Below are positions 1 to 10,667 of a DNA stretch of 64,000 nucleotides, one piece after another. Numbering within the stretch: position 1 is the stretch's first letter; each line of letters begins with the position of its first letter. The DNA comes from Chryseobacterium gleum (GTDB lineage Bacteria; Bacteroidota; Bacteroidia; Flavobacteriales_D; Crocinitomicaceae). The DNA lies in assembly GCA_945860065.1 (NCBI GenBank), contig CAMAPI010000004.1, positions 2,591 through 66,590 of the forward strand, written 5' to 3'. A program made the position numbers and the translations under genes. The notes under the pieces were generated by a model. The model saw only the letters and a list, made by a program, of their open reading frames with translations. It was not told the origin of the DNA and searched no databases.

Positions 1-44
1 GTCAAACAAAAATAAGAAAAAGCTAGGTTTTTACAAGGGTTTAA

Positions 45-61
45 AAGGCTTTGAAAGCCTT
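45..61 (-). terminator. Possible weak intrinsic terminator downstream of the glutathione peroxidase gene
   Basis: Perfect 7-bp inverted repeat AAGGCTT/AAGCCTT with a 3-nt loop, 30 nt past the stop of the minus-strand gene. The trailing T-tract on the minus strand is short (TT then AAA), so the signal is weak. Confidence 0.3.
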
Positions 62-91
62 AACTTATCAACACAATTTCAACTATTTGAT

Positions 92-625
92 CTATTTTTC
101 GATCCAGGAAGTGATGGACTCATCATCTGGTTGAATTCTCGGTGAAATCACTTTCGCTAAGTGTCCACTTTCATCAATTAGGTACTTCTGAAAATTCCAA
201 CCCACCTCATTGTCTTCCAGTCCGTTTTTGCTTTTTTCAGTCAAAAAATGATACACTGGATGCATGCCCTTGCCTTTCACAGAAATCTTAGACATCATGG
301 GAAAAGTCACACCGTAATTCATCTTGCAAAAACTTTCAATTTCCTCATTGGAACCTGGCTCTTGTGACATAAAGTCATTCGCTGGGAATCCGACAATCAC
401 AAAGTTTTTTCCTTTATATTTTTCATATAAGGCCTGTAATTTCTCGTATTGCGGTGTTAAACCACATTTGGAAGCGGTGTTCACAATCATGATTTTCTTC
501 CCTTGCAAAGAAGAGAAATCGAAGGTTTCACCGTTAATATCTTTCACTTTGAATTGATAAATAGATTGTTTCTCGGAGCTATTCATAACTGCAAATATTG
601 AGATTAGTACAATAAAAATTTTCAT
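92..625 (-). CDS. Glutathione peroxidase family protein (Cys-type) with N-terminal signal-like segment
   Basis: 177 aa. Shows GPx signatures VNTASKCGLTPQY (active-site Cys) and FPANDFMSQEPGSNEEI, plus WNFQKYLI near the C-terminus. The N-terminus is hydrophobic (MKIFIVLISIFAV). Confidence 0.85.
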   Translation of the reverse strand: MKIFIVLISIFAVMNSSEKQSIYQFKVKDINGETFDFSSLQGKKIMIVNTASKCGLTPQYEKLQALYEKYKGKNFVIVGFPANDFMSQEPGSNEEIESFCKMNYGVTFPMMSKISVKGKGMHPVYHFLTEKSKNGLEDNEVGWNFQKYLIDESGHLAKVISPRIQPDDESITSWIEK

Positions 626-709
626 ACGTAGTTTTTTAAGGAAACATATAAATGGAAAGATAGTTCGAATTTGTGGAACATTTTTTGATTTTTTACGAAT
701 AAATACAGA

Positions 710-1561
710 ATGAAAGCGCCTTTTTTACTTCTTTTTCTTTTGATAAACATTGCGTCGCATGGACAAAAGTTATCAGGCACTTGGCAAGGGGCTTGTTTTA
801 TCAATGATCCAACAAATCCAACCACATCTTCTGCGGCCTGGGTATACCTAGATATAACAATTGTAAAAGGGATGATTGACGGAAAAATCAGGCATGAAAA
901 TGGAGAGACAAGCCAGTACTACCTTTACGATATCAATGGAAAAGTGGGAGAAAATGGACATATAGAAATCGATGAGACCAAACTTGGATTTAAATCAAAA
1001 AATGCAGTTCCTGCTGAAAAACAACACTTTGATTTGGAATACGATCCAAAAAAAGGCTACCTGCTAGGTAAAAGCAAGGATGGGAAATCCACTTTAACAT
1101 TGTATCGAGCAGTTTTCACTATTTCAGAAAACACGCCAGCAATTTTACCTGTTCATCAACTAGCAAAATTTCAACAAGACTTAGCGGATGGATTATCTTC
1201 TCCTGAAAAACGATTAGAAGAGTTACGAGCGTTTAAATTTGAACCCATATATTTCGAGTATGATAAGGAAAATATTCAGCTACAATACGAAGCTTACCTG
1301 ATCGAAATGATTCGCATGGTGAAAAGTCATTCGGATTTACGGATTTTAATCACTGGTCATACAGATGCGGACGGTTCTGACGCCTACAATATCACTTTAT
1401 CAAAACGAAGAGCAGCATCTTTAGAACGTTTTTTCGAAGCGAACGGACTCCCGAAATCTAGGGTAGAAATTGACTTTAAAGGTGAAAATGAACCTGTCGA
1501 CCGGAATGATACGAGCGCAGGAAAACAAAAGAATCGACGGGTTGATTTTAGATTTATCTAA
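710..1561 (+). CDS. OmpA-family protein (signal peptide, unknown N-domain, C-terminal OmpA/peptidoglycan-binding domain)
   Basis: 283 aa. The C-terminal motif block ILITGHTDADGSDAYNITLSKRRAASLERFF...NRRVDFRFI is typical of OmpA_C. An N-terminal signal peptide is present. Confidence 0.85.
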   Translation: MKAPFLLLFLLINIASHGQKLSGTWQGACFINDPTNPTTSSAAWVYLDITIVKGMIDGKIRHENGETSQYYLYDINGKVGENGHIEIDETKLGFKSKNAVPAEKQHFDLEYDPKKGYLLGKSKDGKSTLTLYRAVFTISENTPAILPVHQLAKFQQDLADGLSSPEKRLEELRAFKFEPIYFEYDKENIQLQYEAYLIEMIRMVKSHSDLRILITGHTDADGSDAYNITLSKRRAASLERFFEANGLPKSRVEIDFKGENEPVDRNDTSAGKQKNRRVDFRFI

Positions 1562-1564
1562 ATC

Positions 1565-4195
1565 TTATCCTTTCAACGAAACGAGCTTCTCTTCCAATAA
1601 TTGGATTTTCCCAACTGCATCTGCTTCTTTTTTACGTTCTAATTCCAATACTTGCACTGGAGCACCAGCGACAAATCGTTTATTAAACAACTTTCCTTGC
1701 ACACTTTTCAAGAATCCTTTTGTGTAGCCTAATTCCTCTTCCAGTTTCTTGATTTCCCCATCCACATCAACTACGTCTCCAAATGGAACAAAGTATTCAA
1801 CACCTTCGACAATAAACGAATTCGCTTGTTGAATTTTATCGGATACATATTCAAATACTGACAAGTTCCCCATTTTTACAATAACGGAATCGAAAATCGT
1901 TTGGGTGGCAGCGTCTGCACGTACATACATCTCCAACTTCACTTTATTCGCGATGTTGTTATTTTTGCGAATGTTACGGATTTGGGAAATGATTTTCTCT
2001 GCTTTCTCGAATCCTGTTAGTACTTGTTCGTCCACGGCTCTCACCTTCGGCCATTCAGCAATAACAATATCCTCCCCATCTTTGCGTTCGTTTAGCGCAT
2101 GCCAGAGTTCTTCGGATACGAAAGGCGTAAAAGGATGCATGACTTTCAATAATTCTTCGAAAAAGAATTTAGTTTTATCTAGCGTCTGACGGTCAATAGG
2201 CTGTTCATATCCAGGTTTAATCATTTCTAAATACCAGGAACAGAAGTCATCCCATACCAATTTGTAAATGGCCATTAGCGCATCAGAAATGCGGAATTTA
2301 TCGAATTGGTCATTGATTTCAATCAACACCTTTTGGAAGCGATTTTCAAACCAATCTATGGCTACCTGTGAGGACATGGGTTGCTCAATATCACGAACTT
2401 GCCAGGAAGAAACTAGGCGGTAAGCGTTCCATACTTTATTAGTGAAATTACGGCCTTGTTCACATTGGGACGAATCAAAGGGAAGGTCATTTCCTGCAGG
2501 AGATGAAATCAAAACTCCAACGCGCACACCATCTGCTCCAAATTTCTCAATCAATTCAATTGGATCAGGCGAATTCCCCAGTGATTTGGACATTTTACGT
2601 CCAAGTTTATCTCGTACAATACCTGTATAGTACACATTTTTAAATGGCAGATCACCCAAGTATTCATATCCAGCAATTACCATTCTCGCCACCCAGAAGA
2701 ACATAATTTCTGGCGCAGTGACAAGATCATTTGTTGGGTAATAGTATTTGATTTCCTCGTTTTCAGGCTGTGTTAGGCCATTGAAAACAGAAATCGGCCA
2801 TAACCAACTGGAAAACCATGTATCCAGTACGTCCTCGTCTTGGTTTAACTCAGATTCTAGAACTTCTCTTCCTGCTTTTTCGCTGGCTAATCTCAACGCT
2901 TCTTCCTTCGTTTTAGCTACCACGAAATCGTCTGGACGATTTCCAAAATACCAAGCTGGAATTCGGTGGCCCCACCATAATTGACGGGAAATACACCAAT
3001 CCTTTACATTTTCCATCCAGTGACGGTAGGTATTTTTGAATTTATCTGGGTGGAATTGAATGTTTCCATTCATCACATTCTCCAACGCGGGCTGAGCCAG
3101 TTCCTTCATCGAAACGAACCACTGCATGGATAACTTCGGTTCAATTACCGCATTCGTACGTTCCGAAAATCCAACTTTATTAATGATGTCTTCTGTCTTA
3201 ACTAGGTATCCTTTTTCGTTAAGTTCTTTTTCGATTTCTTTGCGAACATCAAAACGATCTTTTCCAGCAAAGTGTGCACCATGTTGGTTCAATGTTCCAT
3301 TGTCGTTGAATAGGTCAATGGAAGGTAAGTTGTATTTTCTACCTAATTCGTAGTCATTAGTATCGTGAGCTGGTGTTACTTTTAAGCAACCAGTACCAAA
3401 ATCTTTGTCAACGTAATCATCGGCTATAATTGGAATTTCACGGTTGATGATTGGAACCAACACATGTTTTCCGATTAACTTTTTATAACGCTCATCATCA
3501 GGATTCACACAAATAGCCGTATCTCCTAAGATTGTTTCAGGACGCGTTGTAGCAATGGTCACCCATTCATCTGTTGTGTCTATGATTTTGTATCGAACGT
3601 AGAAAAGACGAGAATTGACTTCTTTGTAATTCACTTCCTCATCAGAGACCGCTGTTAATGCTTCCGGGTCCCAGTTCACCATGCGGACACCTCGGTAAAT
3701 TTTACCTTTTGCGTACAGGTCCATGAATACATTGATTACCGACTCAGAATACTCCTTATCCATGGTAAAATGCGTCCGTTCCCAATCGCAAGAAGCACCA
3801 AGTTTCTTTAATTGTTCCAGAATGATTCCGCCATGTTTATCTTTCCATTCGAAAGCATGTGCAAGAAACTCATCTCTAGTTAAGTCAGATTTTTTTATGC
3901 CTTCTTGACGTAGTTTTTGGACTACTTTTGCCTCTGTTGCAATGGAAGCGTGATCCGTTCCAGGAACCCAACATGCATTTTTTCCAAGCATTCGTGCTCT
4001 GCGAACCAGTACATCTTGAATGGTGTTATTTAACATGTGTCCCATGTGTAGGACACCCGTCACATTAGGAGGAGGTATAACGATAGTGTAGGGCTCACGG
4101 TGATCAGGGACTGAATGAAAATAACCTTTATCCAACCAATGTTTATACCATTTGTCTTCCGCTTTTTGCGGCTCGTATGTTTTCCCTAATTCCAT
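1565..4195 (-). CDS. valS: Valine--tRNA ligase
   Basis: 876 aa. Carries the class-I aaRS HIGH-type motif (VLHMGHMLN) and the KMSKS motif (RKMSKSLGN). The C-terminal coiled-coil tail and overall length are typical of ValRS. Confidence 0.95.
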   Translation of the reverse strand: MELGKTYEPQKAEDKWYKHWLDKGYFHSVPDHREPYTIVIPPPNVTGVLHMGHMLNNTIQDVLVRRARMLGKNACWVPGTDHASIATEAKVVQKLRQEGIKKSDLTRDEFLAHAFEWKDKHGGIILEQLKKLGASCDWERTHFTMDKEYSESVINVFMDLYAKGKIYRGVRMVNWDPEALTAVSDEEVNYKEVNSRLFYVRYKIIDTTDEWVTIATTRPETILGDTAICVNPDDERYKKLIGKHVLVPIINREIPIIADDYVDKDFGTGCLKVTPAHDTNDYELGRKYNLPSIDLFNDNGTLNQHGAHFAGKDRFDVRKEIEKELNEKGYLVKTEDIINKVGFSERTNAVIEPKLSMQWFVSMKELAQPALENVMNGNIQFHPDKFKNTYRHWMENVKDWCISRQLWWGHRIPAWYFGNRPDDFVVAKTKEEALRLASEKAGREVLESELNQDEDVLDTWFSSWLWPISVFNGLTQPENEEIKYYYPTNDLVTAPEIMFFWVARMVIAGYEYLGDLPFKNVYYTGIVRDKLGRKMSKSLGNSPDPIELIEKFGADGVRVGVLISSPAGNDLPFDSSQCEQGRNFTNKVWNAYRLVSSWQVRDIEQPMSSQVAIDWFENRFQKVLIEINDQFDKFRISDALMAIYKLVWDDFCSWYLEMIKPGYEQPIDRQTLDKTKFFFEELLKVMHPFTPFVSEELWHALNERKDGEDIVIAEWPKVRAVDEQVLTGFEKAEKIISQIRNIRKNNNIANKVKLEMYVRADAATQTIFDSVIVKMGNLSVFEYVSDKIQQANSFIVEGVEYFVPFGDVVDVDGEIKKLEEELGYTKGFLKSVQGKLFNKRFVAGAPVQVLELERKKEADAVGKIQLLEEKLVSLKG

Positions 4196-4266
4196 GACAC
4201 AATCTTTGCCGCAAAGATAACAATTATCTCAGCAGCACAATCTCCGTTAGCAGAGAAAAAGCTCGA

Positions 4267-4668
4267 CTAGTTTGTCGTTGGGGAATCGGAAGGAGTAAGT
4301 ACAGATCCTTTTATTGTCAAAACAATTGGATCACCACCATCAGAAAAAACGGTAATCGTTTTGGTGAATGCACCTACTCTTTTGGTGTCATAAGTTACTT
4401 TAATTGCACCTTTTTTACCTTTTTTGATTGGTTCTGTTGGTTTTTCAGCGGCAGTACATCCACAGCTTGTTTGCACATTACTTACCGTAATTGATTTTTT
4501 AGAAACGTTTTTAAACTCAAAAACGAACATATCTTTAGAGTCATAAGGAATATTTTCACGAACAATTTCCAAGGTTGTAAATTTCAAACCTGGAGTTGGT
4601 TTTGTTTCTTTTTGAGCTTGTGCAAATCCAACAAATAGGAATGCGAATGTAAGTAATGCGTATTTCAT
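4267..4668 (-). CDS. DUF1573 domain protein (secreted)
   Basis: 133 aa with a signal peptide. The FKNVSKKSITVSNVQTSCGCTAAE block (CGCT motif) is characteristic of DUF1573, a family common in Bacteroidota. Confidence 0.7.
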   Translation of the reverse strand: MKYALLTFAFLFVGFAQAQKETKPTPGLKFTTLEIVRENIPYDSKDMFVFEFKNVSKKSITVSNVQTSCGCTAAEKPTEPIKKGKKGAIKVTYDTKRVGAFTKTITVFSDGGDPIVLTIKGSVLTPSDSPTTN

Positions 4669-4729
4669 GAGCTTAATTTTTTACAATGGTAAGTTGAATT
4701 CTTATTTCAAGATCAAATTTAACAAAAAT

Positions 4730-5332
4730 TTAGGATTCAAAGGCATGAAATATAACTTCTTCAATGGACGGATAAGTTTGTTTCAAGCAATGCTCAAAGG
4801 CATCTTTTTTCATCCATCGTGCTTCCGTAATGTTTTCTTCCAATTGTGGGCTTGTATTTAAATCCCCATGGTATTCGAGATAATACCAATTGTTTTTCTT
4901 TAGAATGGATTTGTTTTTAAACTCGTAAGCATGATATGTTGAACAAATTCTATGTTTCAACTGGAGATTTCCTGTCAAGCCACACTCCTCTGTTATTTCG
5001 CGAATCGCAGCTTCCTTTGAACTTTCGCCATGTTCGATTTTTCCTTTTGGAAGATCCCAAAGTCCCAGTCTTTTAATCCACAAATAAGATTCGCTCTCTG
5101 GATGAAAAACGAGTCCACCAGCCGTTTTAATCTTATTAAATTGTTTAAAAAAAGTTTTTAATTCAGACTTAGGATGAGGATTTACAGCTTGGATTTCTTG
5201 ATTTTTAATCATCCCTAATAAGGACGAAATGTTCAATGGCATCGCATTTTCTACGATTTCAACATCAGGAATTGGGACAGAAGTAAAATGAATTACGTGC
5301 TTATCCATGAAAACTTTATATTTTTGCGGCAT
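4730..5332 (-). CDS. NUDIX hydrolase
   Basis: 200 aa. Nudix box GKIEHGESSKEAAIREITEECGL matches GX5EX7REUXEEXGU. The start is ambiguous: Met1 at 5332 or Met9 at 5308. Confidence 0.85.
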   Translation of the reverse strand: MPQKYKVFMDKHVIHFTSVPIPDVEIVENAMPLNISSLLGMIKNQEIQAVNPHPKSELKTFFKQFNKIKTAGGLVFHPESESYLWIKRLGLWDLPKGKIEHGESSKEAAIREITEECGLTGNLQLKHRICSTYHAYEFKNKSILKKNNWYYLEYHGDLNTSPQLEENITEARWMKKDAFEHCLKQTYPSIEEVIFHAFES

Positions 5333-5972
5333 GGCATCAAATCAAGAACAAGCGCTAAAGGTAGCAGAATTATTATTGAAAACGAAGGCTGTTCGTTTAC
5401 AACCGAGTAAACCCTTCACTTGGGCTTCTGGCTGGAAGTCTCCTATTTACTGTGACAACAGAGTGACATTGAGCTTTCCAGAAGTTCGTACACACATCCG
5501 TCAAGCCTACTCACAATTGATCCTCGACGTTTATGGGAAGCCCGATGTCATCGCAGGAGTAGCAACCGGAGGAATAGCTCAAGGTGCTTTAGTTGCGCAA
5601 GAATTAGGTTTGCCTTTCATTTATGTTCGTTCAGCTGCTAAAGGTCATGGAATGGAAAATATGATTGAAGGAGCATACGAAGCTGGACAAAAAGTGATTG
5701 TCATTGAAGACTTAATTTCTACAGGCGGAAGTAGTTTGAAAGCTGTTGAAGCATTAAGACAAGGTGGCCTTGTAGTAAAAGGCTTATTAGCAACGTTTAC
5801 CTACGGATTTTCTCAAGCTGAGCAAGGATTTCAAGAAGCAGGATGTCCGTTTGAAACGATTACCGATTACGCAACGTTAATTGATGTCGCGGTAAAAACG
5901 AATTACATCAACGACGGTGATTTAACTACGCTACTGGAATGGCGTGTGAATCCGAGTACTTGGAATCAATAA
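5331..5972 (+). CDS. pyrE: Orotate phosphoribosyltransferase
   Basis: PRPP-binding loop VIVIEDLISTGGSS and overall PyrE-like sequence. I prefer the ATG at 5331 (MASNQEQ...) over the ORF-track start at 5307. Confidence 0.9.
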   Translation: MASNQEQALKVAELLLKTKAVRLQPSKPFTWASGWKSPIYCDNRVTLSFPEVRTHIRQAYSQLILDVYGKPDVIAGVATGGIAQGALVAQELGLPFIYVRSAAKGHGMENMIEGAYEAGQKVIVIEDLISTGGSSLKAVEALRQGGLVVKGLLATFTYGFSQAEQGFQEAGCPFETITDYATLIDVAVKTNYINDGDLTTLLEWRVNPSTWNQ

Positions 5973-5979
5973 TTCGTAT

Positions 5980-6381
5980 ATGATCATTCAAAGTTCCACA
6001 ACTAAGATTAATGTATCGAAATCAGATGTAAGTGACTTTCTTTCTGATCCACGCAATTTAACTTTTTTACTTCCGCAAGATAAGGTTACAAATTTTAGTG
6101 CTGATCAGACGACGTGTAGTTTTAAGGTGCAAGGTGGCATTTCGATTAATTTGATATTTGATCAAAAGGATGTCGAAAGCATTCGATACCGTTCTGGCGA
6201 GGGGAGTCCATTTCCATTTACATTAACTATCGAGCTGCGCGAAGAAAGCAATCAATGTCATGGACAGGTTATTTTTGATGGGGAGATCACAGGATACATG
6301 AAAATACTCGTCGAAAAACCATTAAAAGCCTTGTTCGAACAAATGAGTCTTCAATTAAAAGCTCATTTCGATAAAAACTGA
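5980..6381 (+). CDS. Hypothetical protein, possibly SRPBCC-fold
   Basis: 133-aa ORF immediately after pyrE. It has no catalytic motif I can name. The size and alternating beta-like pattern are compatible with an SRPBCC/START-like fold. Confidence 0.35.
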   Translation: MIIQSSTTKINVSKSDVSDFLSDPRNLTFLLPQDKVTNFSADQTTCSFKVQGGISINLIFDQKDVESIRYRSGEGSPFPFTLTIELREESNQCHGQVIFDGEITGYMKILVEKPLKALFEQMSLQLKAHFDKN

Positions 6382-7097
6382 AGCTCTTTTAAAGCGTAGC
6401 TTCTATTTTCTTCGTTTACTTCTATTATTAAGCGTCCATCTTCTTGAACACCGATTATTTTCCCCTCAAATTCACCTGCTGAATCTTTGTAAAAAGCAAG
6501 TTCATCCTTCAGGTATAAAAGTGCTTCGAAAGTTGATTTCAAGGTTGATTCTAACCTGCCCCATTGCTGTAAATACTCATTTAAAATAGCGATTAATTCG
6601 TTTAAAACGGTTTTAACTTGAATGCTTGTCCCGAGTTGAAGCCCTACACTTGTTGCGTTTGGACTTTCAAATTGTAATTGATTCACGTTTAGTCCAATAC
6701 CAGCAATCACCCAAGAAATATGTTTTCCTTCTAGTTGATTTTCAATGAGAATTCCGGCAATTTTTTGGGTTCCAACAAAGATATCATTGGGCCATTTGAT
6801 AGAAGAATCGATTCCAAAGCGCAAAAGCAGTTTATGAAGTGCTAAGCAGATCATCCAACTAATTTTACTTTGTTCACTAACTGACAGATTGTCGGGCTTC
6901 CATACAATCGAGCAAAGCAGATTGCAGGAATGCGCTGATTCCCAAGTATTCCCCATTTGTCCCTTGCCAGCGGTTTGCGCGTCTGCCAATATTACCGCAC
7001 CATTTTGACAAATATGGTCGTTAATTAATTTGGCAGCAAAATTGTTAGTAGAGTCTACACAATCAAGGCGATATATTTCTTTTCCAATCGTTGTCAT
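6363..7097 (-). CDS. birA: Biotin--[acetyl-CoA-carboxylase] ligase (group I, no HTH domain)
   Basis: 244 aa. The GKGQMGNTWES block is a variant of the GRGRxGRxW biotin-binding loop. KWPNDIFV and the C-terminal SH3-like tail are also present. Confidence 0.85.
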   Translation of the reverse strand: MTTIGKEIYRLDCVDSTNNFAAKLINDHICQNGAVILADAQTAGKGQMGNTWESAHSCNLLCSIVWKPDNLSVSEQSKISWMICLALHKLLLRFGIDSSIKWPNDIFVGTQKIAGILIENQLEGKHISWVIAGIGLNVNQLQFESPNATSVGLQLGTSIQVKTVLNELIAILNEYLQQWGRLESTLKSTFEALLYLKDELAFYKDSAGEFEGKIIGVQEDGRLIIEVNEENRSYALKELQFLSK

Positions 7098-7136
7098 CTC
7101 GGCGTTTAAGGAGCAGTAAAATTAAAATTTATCGCG

Positions 7137-7144
7137 TAGTTTTG
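7137..7144 (+). promoter_or_regulatory. Candidate Bacteroidetes -7 promoter box (TAGTTTTG) for rsfS-ftsH
   Basis: Matches TAnnTTTG, 16 nt upstream of the rsfS ATG, in the only intergenic gap before the rsfS-ftsH-cdsA-psd string. Confidence 0.4.
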
Positions 7145-7159
7145 TATTAAATATTTGAA

Positions 7160-7534
7160 ATGCGAAAAAAGAACGGAATAACAGAATCAGAACAATTGTG
7201 TCAAGCCATTGTTGAAGGTATGCAAGATAACAAAGCTAAGGACATTTCAGTATTGGATCTGAGACATTTGCCGAGTGCAGTTTGTGACTTTTTTGTGATT
7301 TGCAGTGGTGAGTCAAGTACACATGTAGATGGTATTTCAAATGCCGTAACACGTTTTACAAGAAAAGAGTTAAAAGAAAAACCTTGGCACATTGAAGGAA
7401 AAACCAATAGTGAGTGGGTTTTGTTAGATTACATTAATGTTGTAGGACACATTTTTTACAAAGACGCAAGATCCTTTTTTGAAATTGAGGATTTGTGGTC
7501 GGATGCTGTTCGTACAGATATCCCAAATTTATAA
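7160..7534 (+). CDS. rsfS: Ribosome silencing factor RsfS
   Basis: 124 aa. The DISVLDLRHL...DFFVICSGESSTHV...WVLLDYINVVGHIF pattern is typical of RsfS/IojAP. Confidence 0.9.
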   Translation: MRKKNGITESEQLCQAIVEGMQDNKAKDISVLDLRHLPSAVCDFFVICSGESSTHVDGISNAVTRFTRKELKEKPWHIEGKTNSEWVLLDYINVVGHIFYKDARSFFEIEDLWSDAVRTDIPNL

Positions 7535-7548
7535 TTAGGAACTAGAAT

Positions 7549-9654
7549 ATGTCAGAAGAAAAAAAGAAAAGTCCATTTTCCATTTATTGGATTTATGCGG
7601 CCTTAGGAATCGCTTTGATTTCCTTTAATATTTTCATGAATTCAACACCAGCAGCTACCGTCAAGTACAAAGAGACCTTGATGGAATTGGTAGACATCAA
7701 AGGTGTTAAAAATGTAAAAATCATCAATCAGTCAAAAGCTGAGTTTCAATTGAAAAATCAAGGTGTGAAGTACGTCAATGAGACGAACAAACTTGATTTT
7801 CCGAAAATGAAAAAGATGATAAAAACGAGCAAAGGAAAGCCTACAGCGGTAATTTTTGAACTCGAAAACATTGGGAGTCCTACAAATTTTGAAAAAGCAT
7901 TAGATGATCGTGGTTACCACGACTATCAAAATGAGACTGAAGTAAATTACCTTGGAGATATTTTAGGTTATTTGTTGCCATTTGTTATCATCATCATTAT
8001 ATGGATGTTTGTGATGCGCCGAATGTCAGGCGGTAGCGGTGGCGGCGGAGGTGGCGGCCAAATCTTCAATATTGGTAAATCTCGTGCTCAAGTATACGAC
8101 AAAGGGAAATCAACGAATATTACTTTTCAAGATGTTGCCGGACTAGTAGGTGCGAAAGAAGAAATAGTTGAAATTGTTGAGTTTTTAAAAAACCCAAAAA
8201 AATATACAGAATTAGGTGCTAAAATTCCGAAAGGAGCCTTGTTAGTAGGGCCTCCAGGAACGGGAAAAACCCTTCTTGCTAAAGCAGTTGCTGGAGAAGC
8301 AAAAGTTCCGTTTTTCTCTTTATCAGGTTCTGACTTTGTTGAAATGTTCGTTGGTGTTGGTGCCTCCAGAGTGCGCGATTTATTTCGTCAAGCGAAGGAA
8401 AAGGCTCCGTCGATCATCTTCATTGATGAAATTGATGCAATTGGACGAGCGCGTGGTAAGAACAATGGATTTAATTCCAACGACGAACGCGAAAACACCT
8501 TGAATCAATTATTAACAGAGATGGATGGATTCGGAACGAATTCCGGGGTAATTATTTTAGCTGCTACGAATCGAGCGGATGTATTGGATGCCGCATTGAT
8601 GCGAGCAGGTCGCTTTGATCGTCAGATTTACGTAGACATGCCTGACTTGAACGAACGAAAAGAAATTTTCCAAGTCCATTTAAAGCCTCTTAAATTAGTA
8701 GAAGGTTTAGACATTGATTTCTTATCGAAACAAACGCCCGGTTTCTCCGGTGCAGATATCGCTAATTTGTGTAACGAGGCAGCATTGATAGCCGCCCGCC
8801 ACAATAAGAAACATGTAGAAAAACAGGATTTCTTAGATGCTGTTGACCGCATCGTTGGTGGACTCGAGAAGAAAAATAAAATCATTACTAAAGTCGAGAA
8901 GAAATCAATTGCATTCCATGAAGCTGGACATGCAACCATTTCGTGGATGTTGCAATACGCGCACCCATTGGTGAAGGTGACCATTGTCCCTCGTGGACAA
9001 TCATTAGGTGCCGCATGGTATTTGCCAGAAGAACGAAGCATTACGACAACCGAGCAAATTTTAGATCAAATGTGTTCCGCTTTAGGTGGACGAGCAGCAG
9101 AGCAATTAACTTTTGGAAAAATCAGCACAGGCGCATTGAGCGATTTAGAAAAAGTAACGAAACAAGCCTATGCAATGGTTTCCATCTACGGATTGAATGA
9201 ACGTATTGGAAATATTTCTTTCTACGATTCACAAGGACGAGATTCCTTTACAAAACCTTATTCAGAAGATACCGCTCGCATTATTGACGAAGAAGTTTCT
9301 AAATTAGTGGAGGGTCAGTACCAGCGTGCGCTTCAAGTACTTTCTGAAAACCAGGACAAATTAACTGAGCTCGCGGAGCAATTATTAGCAAAAGAGGTCA
9401 TCTTCAAAGAAGATTTAGAGCGAATTTTTGGCAAGCGTCAGTGGGAAAGTGATGAATTGGTAGATCTCGAGGTGAAGAACGAGAGTGAGAGCGGTGAACA
9501 GAGCGAGAGCGAAGTGAAGAGCGAGAGCGGTGAACAGAGTGAGAGCGAAGTGAAGAGTGAAAGCGGTGAACAGAGCGAGAGTGAAGTGAAGAGCGAAAGC
9601 GCATCAGAGGAGGAGCCTAAACCAGATTCAAGCGAAGAGACGGAGGCGAAATAG
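7549..9654 (+). CDS. ftsH: ATP-dependent zinc metalloprotease FtsH
   Basis: 701 aa. Has Walker A GPPGTGKT, Walker [13 protein letters not shown], the zinc motif HEAGH, two TM segments, a Gly-run linker and an acidic Ser/Glu repeat tail. Confidence 0.97.
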   Translation: MSEEKKKSPFSIYWIYAALGIALISFNIFMNSTPAATVKYKETLMELVDIKGVKNVKIINQSKAEFQLKNQGVKYVNETNKLDFPKMKKMIKTSKGKPTAVIFELENIGSPTNFEKALDDRGYHDYQNETEVNYLGDILGYLLPFVIIIIIWMFVMRRMSGGSGGGGGGGQIFNIGKSRAQVYDKGKSTNITFQDVAGLVGAKEEIVEIVEFLKNPKKYTELGAKIPKGALLVGPPGTGKTLLAKAVAGEAKVPFFSLSGSDFVEMFVGVGASRVRDLFRQAKEKAPSIIFIDEIDAIGRARGKNNGFNSNDERENTLNQLLTEMDGFGTNSGVIILAATNRADVLDAALMRAGRFDRQIYVDMPDLNERKEIFQVHLKPLKLVEGLDIDFLSKQTPGFSGADIANLCNEAALIAARHNKKHVEKQDFLDAVDRIVGGLEKKNKIITKVEKKSIAFHEAGHATISWMLQYAHPLVKVTIVPRGQSLGAAWYLPEERSITTTEQILDQMCSALGGRAAEQLTFGKISTGALSDLEKVTKQAYAMVSIYGLNERIGNISFYDSQGRDSFTKPYSEDTARIIDEEVSKLVEGQYQRALQVLSENQDKLTELAEQLLAKEVIFKEDLERIFGKRQWESDELVDLEVKNESESGEQSESEVKSESGEQSESEVKSESGEQSESEVKSESASEEEPKPDSSEETEAK
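9487..9594 (+). repeat. Three tandem 36-nt in-frame repeats ([12 protein letters not shown] x3) in the FtsH C-terminal tail
   Basis: Read directly: gagagcggtgaacagagcgagagcgaagtgaagagc repeated three times with a few synonymous differences. Flanking partial copies are present (EVKNES before, ESASEEE after). Confidence 0.95.
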
Positions 9655-9655
9655 T

Positions 9656-9856
9656 TTGGAAAAAACACTCGTTTTCAAAACCCGTGAGCAGTATTTATTC
9701 GTTCAGGCGAAATTGGTATTATCTGACGATGAAATTCCCTTTCAAGAACGGAATACCATGGATTCAATGTTCAATGATTTCGGTAGTTATGAAATATACG
9801 TAACTTCGGAGTATGAAAACGACGCGAAAAAACGATTAACGGATGCCTTTAAGTAA
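9656..9856 (+). CDS. Small hypothetical protein (DUF2007-like?)
   Basis: 66 aa with a TTG start 2 nt after the ftsH stop, overlapping the cdsA start by 14 nt. It resembles small 'putative signal transducing' DUF2007 proteins only loosely. Confidence 0.35.
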   Translation: MEKTLVFKTREQYLFVQAKLVLSDDEIPFQERNTMDSMFNDFGSYEIYVTSEYENDAKKRLTDAFK

Positions 9857-10664
9857 TTTAGCTTTAAGGAGTATTACCGGAGCAATCTTTGGCACAATTG
9901 TCATCGGTTCAATTCTTTGGCATCCTTATGCTCAAATGGCTGTCTTCTCGGTTTTCATGGTCCTTGGACTTGCTGAGTTCTACCGTTTATTTAAGAACCA
10001 CCCCATTGTAGAAGTTAGTTCTGAAATCGGTATATTTATTGGTTGTTTTATCTATATACTCTTGATTGGATTAAGTTTATCAAATCTACCAATCATTGTA
10101 ATAACTATCCTTTTCCCCTTATTTTTTACCTTGATTCTAAACGAATTATGGGCAAAAAAAGAACATCCATTAATCAATATTTCCGTACTTGTATTTGGGA
10201 TCATCTATGTAGTAATACCATTCTATTTAAGCATTGACTTAAGTTTAAGAAATACGTCATACCTACCGCATGTTGTAGGTATGTTCCTATTAATTTGGAC
10301 AAATGACACATTTGCCTATTTAAGTGGTAGACTCTTTGGGAAACGCAAATTATTTGAACGGATATCACCAAAAAAAACGTGGGAAGGAACAATCGGTGGT
10401 GTTATATTTACCCTGATATTAGGTTACATTATTGGAACTTATATCAACGAAGGTGAGACTTTGTTTTGGGTTGTGTCGGCCATCATCATTGCGCCTTGTG
10501 CCATTTTTGGAGATTTATTGGAGTCACTTTTCAAACGAAGTTTAAATATAAAAGATTCAGGAACTATTTTGCCCGGACACGGAGGCATCTTAGATCGATT
10601 CGACGCTGCACTATTCGCCATTCCGTTTTTTTATTTTTGGTCGATGATTTATTTATTTTGGTAA
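9843..10664 (+). CDS. cdsA: Phosphatidate cytidylyltransferase
   Basis: 273 aa, polytopic. Carries the CTP-transferase-1 signature KRSLNIKDSGTILPGHGGILDRFDA. Confidence 0.92.
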   Translation: MPLSNLALRSITGAIFGTIVIGSILWHPYAQMAVFSVFMVLGLAEFYRLFKNHPIVEVSSEIGIFIGCFIYILLIGLSLSNLPIIVITILFPLFFTLILNELWAKKEHPLINISVLVFGIIYVVIPFYLSIDLSLRNTSYLPHVVGMFLLIWTNDTFAYLSGRLFGKRKLFERISPKKTWEGTIGGVIFTLILGYIIGTYINEGETLFWVVSAIIIAPCAIFGDLLESLFKRSLNIKDSGTILPGHGGILDRFDAALFAIPFFYFWSMIYLFW

Positions 10665-10667
10665 GCT

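Noticed and set aside
4209-4223. Palindrome TCTTTGCCGCAAAGA between the DUF1573 gene and valS as a possible terminator
   Set aside because: The stem is 6 bp and there is no convincing T-tract on the minus strand. The evidence is too weak to call.
8027-8060. GGC/GGT-rich run in ftsH (encoding [11 protein letters not shown]) as a possible simple-sequence repeat of interest
   Set aside because: It encodes the glycine linker between the FtsH periplasmic/TM region and the AAA+ domain, which I recall as a normal feature of Bacteroidetes FtsH.
8628-9041. 137-aa ORF antisense to ftsH, plus the plus-strand alternative-frame ORFs at 8276-8503 and 8943-9200
   Set aside because: The ftsH frame is unambiguous (AAA+ and HEAGH motifs). 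These ORFs are shadow frames.
9404-9668. Two minus-strand ORFs (66 and 76 aa) with striking repetitive Ser/Leu/Arg sequence
   Set aside because: Their repetitiveness is only the reverse-complement reading of the 36-nt FtsH tail repeat. They are not independent genes.
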